From NCBI GenBank assembly GCA_047517965.1, contig JAKZRU010000016.1, forward strand, positions 34,484 through 98,483: DNA of 64,000 bases, written 5' to 3'. The first letter of the stretch is position 1, and each line of letters begins with the position of its first letter. The position numbers and the translations under genes were made by a program. The notes beneath the pieces are model-generated. The model saw nothing but the letters and a program-made list of their open reading frames with translations. It made no database searches and had not been told where the DNA came from. This document shows, one piece after another, positions 58,520-64,000 of this stretch. Source of the stretch: Gammaproteobacteria bacterium (lineage in GTDB: Bacteria > Pseudomonadota > Gammaproteobacteria > Arenicellales > JAJDZL01).

Positions 58520-58537
58520 ATGGATGAATGCATCCAT
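58520..58537. promoter_or_regulatory. 18-bp palindrome, possible operator upstream of the LLM oxidoreductase
   Basis: ATGGATG-AATG-CATCCAT has perfect 7-bp arms and lies about 80 nt upstream of the 58616 ATG. Confidence 0.2.
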
Positions 58538-58615
58538 CGAACCGCTCAGAAGCTTGTTCATTGTCCGATGACGCCCTTCCTGAGAGCTATTTCATTTAGA
58601 TACAGAGTTGATTGA

Positions 58616-59653
58616 ATGAAGTTTCACCTAGCTGTCAATATGGAACGGATGAACGACAGCATGAGCATGAATGACGTCGTCCGCCATACGCTTGACATGG
58701 TGCAGACTGCTGATTCAGGCGGGTTCGAAATTGTCTGGGCGGCAGAACATCACGGGATCGAATTGACTATCGCCCCCAATCCCTTTCAGATTCTGACTTG
58801 GTGGGCTGCCCACACCAATCGTATTCGACTCGGCACAGCGGTCGCAGTCGCAGCTTACTGGCATCCGATTAATCTGGCAAGCGAAGCGGCACTCACAGAC
58901 CTGATCAGCGGTGGACGATTGGAATTCGGTATTGGCTCAGGTGCTTATCAGCGAGAATTCGACCGAATGCACCCGGGTCTGAAACAATCCGATGCCTACC
59001 GCTACGTACACGAAATGCTACCTGTGCTGAAAGCTTTATGGAAAGGCGATTATGAGCATAGTGGCGAGCATTGGTCGTTTCCGACGGCTACTTCAGTGCC
59101 AAAGCCGGTTCAGGTTCCGCATCCTCCAATTTGGGTTGCCGCCCGCTCGCCGATCACATTTGATTACGCTGTCGCCAATGGCTGCAACATCATTTCATGG
59201 CCTTTGACCAGACCAATTTCAGAGGTGGAACTGTACAAGTCGCAATTGGACGCATCCATTGCGAAACACGCCACTGGTCAGCACCCGACTTTCGCTGTAA
59301 TGCGCCATACTGCGCTTTATGAAGACTCGCAGGGACGCGAATCGGTGATCACTGCAATCCAGAAAAGCATGGGGATGTTCGAGAATCTCTTCCGAAATCT
59401 GAGCGATGTTGTAGATGGTTTTCCAAAACAGATTCCATTGGAAGAACTCGTAGAACGAGAACAATACAATCCGAATATGTTGGAACAAAATCTGATGCTG
59501 GGTTCGCCCGATGAAGTGATTCAGAAATTGAAACGGTACGAGGAAATCGGCGTAGACGATTTCGTTTATTTGGCAAGCATGGGGCTGGGACAAAAAGAAC
59601 AGAAAAATTCTCTTGCGCTTTTCTGTAATGAAGTCATTCCGGCTTTCAATTGA
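58616..59653 (+). CDS. LLM-class (luciferase-like) flavin-dependent oxidoreductase
   Basis: 345 aa. The TIM-barrel LLM pattern: FEIVWAAEHHG, RIRLGTAV, GGRLEFGIGSG. Confidence 0.8.
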   Translation: MKFHLAVNMERMNDSMSMNDVVRHTLDMVQTADSGGFEIVWAAEHHGIELTIAPNPFQILTWWAAHTNRIRLGTAVAVAAYWHPINLASEAALTDLISGGRLEFGIGSGAYQREFDRMHPGLKQSDAYRYVHEMLPVLKALWKGDYEHSGEHWSFPTATSVPKPVQVPHPPIWVAARSPITFDYAVANGCNIISWPLTRPISEVELYKSQLDASIAKHATGQHPTFAVMRHTALYEDSQGRESVITAIQKSMGMFENLFRNLSDVVDGFPKQIPLEELVEREQYNPNMLEQNLMLGSPDEVIQKLKRYEEIGVDDFVYLASMGLGQKEQKNSLALFCNEVIPAFN

Positions 59654-59798
59654 TGCATTGAGTTTATATCGCCCATTTCAATTAAATCAGAAGAGTTAAC
59701 TGAAAATCATTTTCGCCAGTCAACTTGCGCCAGACTCCCAGCTTTAAGTTGCGCAGCGCTTTCCGATATGAAATCAGCCTATCGGGAAAAATCCATTT

Positions 59799-60593
59799 AT
59801 GTTTGAATCGACAGGCACTACTGCATATGAGCTAGTTGGCAAGCTGGACGCCCCTGTTGTCGCACTCATTCACGGACTCGGCATGAATCGACGCATGTGG
59901 CGCGAGTTCGTTGACCCGTTGGCAGTCAGTCATCGTGTACTGACTTACGATCTGTACGGTCATGGCGAAAGCAGCTTACCGCCGTCCGTTCCATCGCTTA
60001 ATCTGTTCGCGGTGCAGTTGAAAGAATTGCTGGAAAAACTCGAAATTGATCATTGCACGGTCATGGGATTTTCCCTAGGGGGTATGATCAACCGTCGTTT
60101 CGCCATGAATTATCCTGCATCCACCAGCGCCCTAATCATCTTGAATTCGCCGCACGAAAGAGCGCCAGAAGAACAAAGCGAGATAGAGCGGCGAGCGGCG
60201 CACACTGCACAAGGAGGTCCGCACGCGACAATCGAAACGTCGCTTCAGCGCTGGTTTACGCCCGAATTCCTCTCCACGCATACTGACATCGTCGATGAAG
60301 TGCGAGAATGGATTCTAAGTAACGAACCGCTGAGTTACACCCAATGCCGTGAAGTGCTAGCTAAAGGTGTCGTGGAGTTAATAAGACCGCAACCGCCAAT
60401 TGATTGTCCGTCATTAGTGATTACCTGCCAAAACGACAGCGGCAGTACTCCGGCCATGTCACTCGGCATATCCAGTGAAATTCCGGGTTCTCAGGTCATG
60501 ATCATTCCGAGATTGCAGCATTTAGGGCTGCTCGAAGATTCATCGGTGTTCATTGAACCGGTGATGCGTTTTTTGTCCGCTTCATTTAACTGA
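59799..60593 (+). CDS. Alpha/beta-fold hydrolase
   Basis: 264 aa. HGLGMN oxyanion region, nucleophile elbow GFSLGG and a C-terminal His (LQHLG). Confidence 0.8.
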   Translation: MFESTGTTAYELVGKLDAPVVALIHGLGMNRRMWREFVDPLAVSHRVLTYDLYGHGESSLPPSVPSLNLFAVQLKELLEKLEIDHCTVMGFSLGGMINRRFAMNYPASTSALIILNSPHERAPEEQSEIERRAAHTAQGGPHATIETSLQRWFTPEFLSTHTDIVDEVREWILSNEPLSYTQCREVLAKGVVELIRPQPPIDCPSLVITCQNDSGSTPAMSLGISSEIPGSQVMIIPRLQHLGLLEDSSVFIEPVMRFLSASFN

Positions 60594-60613
60594 AGCGCAT
60601 CGTCGAGAAATGA

Positions 60614-60757
60614 ATGTTGAGTCTTGGTAAAAAGCAAAAGAAACGACTCACTGGTGGGCAAGCTGTCGCCGAGCTACTTAGAACAGAAGACGTCCGTGTT
60701 GTTTTCAGCTTGATCGCGGCGGCCAGAGGTCATCAATGTCGCAGTCGGCCCGGATGA
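60614..60757 (+). pseudogene. 5' stub of a thiamine-diphosphate-dependent enzyme gene (acetolactate-synthase-like N-terminus)
   Basis: Own translation: MLSLGKKQKKRLTGGQAVAELLRTEDVRVVFSLIAAARGHQCRSRPG*. The TGGQAVAELL..EDV.VVF part matches the start of the TPP_enzyme_N domain. Similarity is lost after about 33 codons, and the ORF stops. Confidence 0.45.
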
Positions 60758-60870
60758 GCTATAGAGTTTTCGCCAGGATTCGTTTAAACATCGCGGTGGC
60801 TGAATCAAGATTTACTCAAAGGTGTAAATTCCAATTTTCAGAATTTCGGCGACTCTGGCACATAAATTTA

Positions 60871-61215
60871 CTAACCCATTCGTTGCATTTGACGCCCACC
60901 CATCAAATGCATGTGCACATGAAAAACTTCTTGCCTGCCATGGGCATTACAGTTGACTGACAACCGATAACCGCTTTCATCAATGCCGTGTTCCTTGGCA
61001 AGTTGAGCGGCTACCAAGAATAATCGACCGAGCAGCTGTTCGTCCTCTGATGTAACATCATTAACTGTAGGAATCGCTTTCTTCGGAACAATCAGAAAGT
61101 GCACTGGTGCTTGCGGAGCAATGTCTCGAAAGGCCAAAATAGATTCGTCTTCATAGACTATATCCGACGGTATTTCCTTTCGAATGATTTTACTGAAAAT
61201 GGTTTCTTCTGTCAC
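60871..61215 (-). CDS. HIT-family (histidine triad) nucleotide-binding protein
   Basis: 114 aa. [26 protein letters not shown] and the histidine triad HVHMHLMGG. Confidence 0.9.
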   Translation of the reverse strand: MTEETIFSKIIRKEIPSDIVYEDESILAFRDIAPQAPVHFLIVPKKAIPTVNDVTSEDEQLLGRLFLVAAQLAKEHGIDESGYRLSVNCNAHGRQEVFHVHMHLMGGRQMQRMG

Positions 61216-61524
61216 AATGCCTCCACTGAGTCTGATCAGGAATTAACAAGATTGCTGGCAAATTATAGGGAAATACTGCATGACACGCAGTCAATCAATT
61301 GCGAGTAGCATAGGAAATATGACTGAAATCATTTTTCAGATCATTGCAGTACTCACAAAACCAGTTCATTCAGTCTATGTGCTATAAAATTGTGCTGACC
61401 GTGGATTTGATCGGTGGAGCATTGGTCTCCCAGAATCAAAAGATACCTTTTCAAATCCAAATATTCCCATTACTAGAAACCCAAATCAATTCCTGATTCT
61501 ATGACACTTTGGTAGGAGCAATTC

Positions 61525-62517
61525 ATGGAGACATTTCGTAGTTACCGCATTCGGCAAAATGAAGACAGAAGCATCTCTGCGGGATTTGAAGATTTAACAC
61601 TAGATGACTTGACGGAAGGAGAAGTCGTTATCCAAACAAGTTATTCAACGATTAACTACAAAGACGCGCTTGCATCAACAGGAAAAGGAAGAATTTTAAG
61701 AAAGTATCCGCTGAACGGCGGAATTGATCTGGCGGGTAAAGTTTCAGCATCGACTGACTCACGCTACAAAGAAGGAGATTCAGTACTGGTCTGTGGTTGC
61801 GGTCTTTCTGAGATCCATGACGGAGGATATTCCGAATACGCTCGTGTACCAGGCGACTGTGTAGTACCCATGCCAGCTGGTTTGACTGAGTATGAGGCGA
61901 TGGCGTTCGGAACGGCAGGATTTACCGCTGCAATTGCTGTGATTCGGATGGAAGACAACGGACAAATTCCCGAACGCGGACCGATTGTTGTGACTGGAGC
62001 GACCGGCGGCGTAGGCAGCTTTGCGATCAGTATGTTTGCCAATCTTGGATATGAAGTAATCGCACTGTCTGGAAAGAAGGAACACGAAGGATATTTGAGA
62101 GCACTAGGTGCTACCAATATGATTGATCGACACACGCTGGAATTGGGAGACAAACCTCTGGAAGCAACGAAATGGGGTGGAGCCGTTGACAATGTAGGCG
62201 GGGACATTCTTGGCTGGTTGACCCGGACCGTGAAGCCTTGGGGGAATATCGGCTCAATTGGACTAGCGGGCGGAATCGGACTGAAAACCACGGTCATGCC
62301 ATTCATTTTGCGAGGTGTATCTCTCCTCGGCATCAATTCACTCGAAATGCCGATAGAAGTGCGTGATAAAGCATGGGAACGACTCTGTAGCGATTTGAAG
62401 CCGAACGATATGGATTTAATCGTCAAGAAAGTGATTGACTTTGATGAATTGCCATCCTCATTTGACCAATACATGGAAGCATCAATTGTTGGGCGCATCG
62501 TCGTCAAAATCAGTTGA
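61525..62517 (+). CDS. YhdH/AcuI-type MDR oxidoreductase (acrylyl-CoA / quinone reductase family)
   Basis: 330 aa. YSTINYKDALA and VTGATGGVGSFA nucleotide motif. There are no zinc-ligand Cys pattern residues. Confidence 0.85.
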   Translation: METFRSYRIRQNEDRSISAGFEDLTLDDLTEGEVVIQTSYSTINYKDALASTGKGRILRKYPLNGGIDLAGKVSASTDSRYKEGDSVLVCGCGLSEIHDGGYSEYARVPGDCVVPMPAGLTEYEAMAFGTAGFTAAIAVIRMEDNGQIPERGPIVVTGATGGVGSFAISMFANLGYEVIALSGKKEHEGYLRALGATNMIDRHTLELGDKPLEATKWGGAVDNVGGDILGWLTRTVKPWGNIGSIGLAGGIGLKTTVMPFILRGVSLLGINSLEMPIEVRDKAWERLCSDLKPNDMDLIVKKVIDFDELPSSFDQYMEASIVGRIVVKIS

Positions 62518-62558
62518 GTTCATGATCCTTATCGATTTCCACTCAACGGCTTGTATCC

Positions 62559-62602
62559 AAGCGGACCAGCATTCCCAAGATTGCGCTGGTCCGCTTAATT
62601 TT
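62559..62602 (+). terminator. Rho-independent terminator after the AcuI-like gene
   Basis: Perfect 12-bp stem AAGCGGACCAGC / GCTGGTCCGCTT with a 14-nt loop, followed by AATTTT. Confidence 0.6.
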
Positions 62603-62765
62603 CCTGGCATTAGCACGCCCCCCTACCCTGCCTACAATTCTTCCAGCCCGTACCTTAGCTATCGCACTCAGCCACGCTGAATAACAAGGCAATAATTCTT
62701 ACTGAATTTCTGCAACAAATTGACGTTGTGCGGTTATTATTACCGCTTTTCTGACGAGATGATCT

Positions 62766-64000
62766 ATGCGGCTTGGAATTGATACTGGCGGAACTTTTAC
62801 CGACGCGGTACTCTATGACAATAAGACCGGCGTGGTAAAGACCGCGAAAGCGCTTACTACCCACCAAGATCTCGCTCTTGGCATCCGAGAAGCAATCAGC
62901 CGCATCGACACAAATTCGATTCCACTCTCGCAATTTGTTGAAGTTACTTCAATTTCAACCACACTGGCAACAAATTCAATCGTAGAAGGACGCGGTGGGA
63001 CCATTTGCTTGCTGATGATCGGACACAGCACAAATTCTCTAAAGCGTGCGAGCCTCAAGGAAGCGTTGCGAGACGATCCAGTCGAATTTATCGAAGGTGG
63101 CCATACTGCACATGGAGATGAATTGCAGCCGCTGGATTTGGAATCTGCAAAAACTGCAATTCTGCGACATGCTTCAGTGGTTTCTGCTTTTGCAGTCGCA
63201 GGCATGTTTTCGGTTCGAAACACCGCTCATGAGGTTGCAATACGCGATCTTGTACTGGAGTTGACAGACCGGCCCGTCACATGTACGTTTGAACTGACGG
63301 CCAATCTTGATGCACCTAGACGTGCAATGACCGCGGTGTTAAACGCCCGTCTAGTCGCTCCGATTTCCCAACTTATCCAGGCTGTTCGACTTGAACTCGC
63401 CAATCGCGAAATTCATTCACCGCTTATGGTGGTCAAAGGAGATGGTTCGATGATCAGCGCCGATGTCGCCATTGTTCGACCGGTGGAGACAATATTGTCA
63501 GGACCCGCAGCGAGTATTGTCGGAGCCTGCAACCTGGCGAAAACCCCAGTCAGTGTCGTTTCCGACATCGGCGGTACAACAACTGATATTGCGATTTTGC
63601 GAGACGGAAAACCCGTTATCGCCCCTCAAGGAGCACATATAGGTGGTTTCAGAACATTTGTCGAAGCCGTCGACGTTTACACCGTTGGACTTGGCGGCGA
63701 CAGTCAGGTGTCGTTTGCCTGTCCTGTTCAAGTAGGGCCAAACCGTGTATTGCCGATATCTTCACTGGGACGACAGAACCCAGAGATTATCAAAACCCTG
63801 AAAGACCAGTTGACAAAAATGCCACAAGAATACCAAGGATGTTTTCTGCTGAGGAGACGTTCATCCGAGAACATTCAGAGCCTTGGTAAAAATGATCGAA
63901 AGTTGTGGGATTTGCTCGCAAACGGTCCGGTCAGCTGTGAAAGCTTGTTTCGGGATCCACAAATGAATCGTGCCTTCAATCGCCTACGCAGACTAGACTT
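62766..64000 (+). CDS. Hydantoinase/oxoprolinase (HyuA-type) family protein, N-terminal about 411 aa (runs off the right edge)
   Basis: Own translation from ATG 62766 is open to the window end: MRLGIDTGGTFTDAVLYDNKTGVVKTAKALTTHQDL...VVSDIGGTTTDIAIL... These are two ASKHA-type phosphate motifs typical of hydantoinase A. It is not in the ORF track because it has no stop. Confidence 0.8.
   Translation, partial: MRLGIDTGGTFTDAVLYDNKTGVVKTAKALTTHQDLALGIREAISRIDTNSIPLSQFVEVTSISTTLATNSIVEGRGGTICLLMIGHSTNSLKRASLKEALRDDPVEFIEGGHTAHGDELQPLDLESAKTAILRHASVVSAFAVAGMFSVRNTAHEVAIRDLVLELTDRPVTCTFELTANLDAPRRAMTAVLNARLVAPISQLIQAVRLELANREIHSPLMVVKGDGSMISADVAIVRPVETILSGPAASIVGACNLAKTPVSVVSDIGGTTTDIAILRDGKPVIAPQGAHIGGFRTFVEAVDVYTVGLGGDSQVSFACPVQVGPNRVLPISSLGRQNPEIIKTLKDQLTKMPQEYQGCFLLRRRSSENIQSLGKNDRKLWDLLANGPVSCESLFRDPQMNRAFNRLRRLD

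Overview
This is a gene-dense chromosomal segment from a Gammaproteobacterium of moderate to low GC (not computed). The local gene orders match E. coli and especially Pseudomonas: lolA-ftsK / trxB; ispDF / mfd; ihfB-rpsA-cmk-aroA-tyrA-hisC-pheA-gyrA / mtaD-ubiG-gph; rluB-scpBA-trpS-folK-pcnB; xerD ... rplS-trmD-rimM-rpsP ... ffh; tsaB-yoaA; dnaJ-dnaK-grpE-hrcA / nadK-recN-bamE. About 85-90% of the window is ordinary housekeeping coding sequence, and most calls rest on clear family motifs in the supplied translations. I see no rRNA, CRISPR array, transposase or integrase. There is one tRNA, tRNA-Glu(CUC).

The non-ordinary parts are:
1. A 3.6-kb compositionally mosaic insertion lies between rpsP and ffh (39.9-43.5 kb). 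It carries an orphan Fe(II)/2OG oxygenase cassette, the 3' stub of a type I R-M hsdM gene, an apparently intact HEPN(HepT)/MNT toxin-antitoxin pair, and a small membrane protein.
2. An AbiEii-type toxin pseudogene sits at 46.4-47.0 kb. It is inactivated only by in-frame nonsense codons.
3. A stand-alone copper nitrite reductase (nirK) plus a stand-alone def copy (not next to fmt, so possibly a paralogue) sit between mfd and a CsiV-like gene. They are flanked by about 600 bp of DNA with no convincing gene.
4. A right-hand accessory metabolic block (58.6-64 kb) contains the 5' stub of a TPP-enzyme gene.

I did not find a clearly novel multi-gene system. The best candidate for something undescribed is the oxygenase cassette and island at 40-43.5 kb, and that reading is inference.
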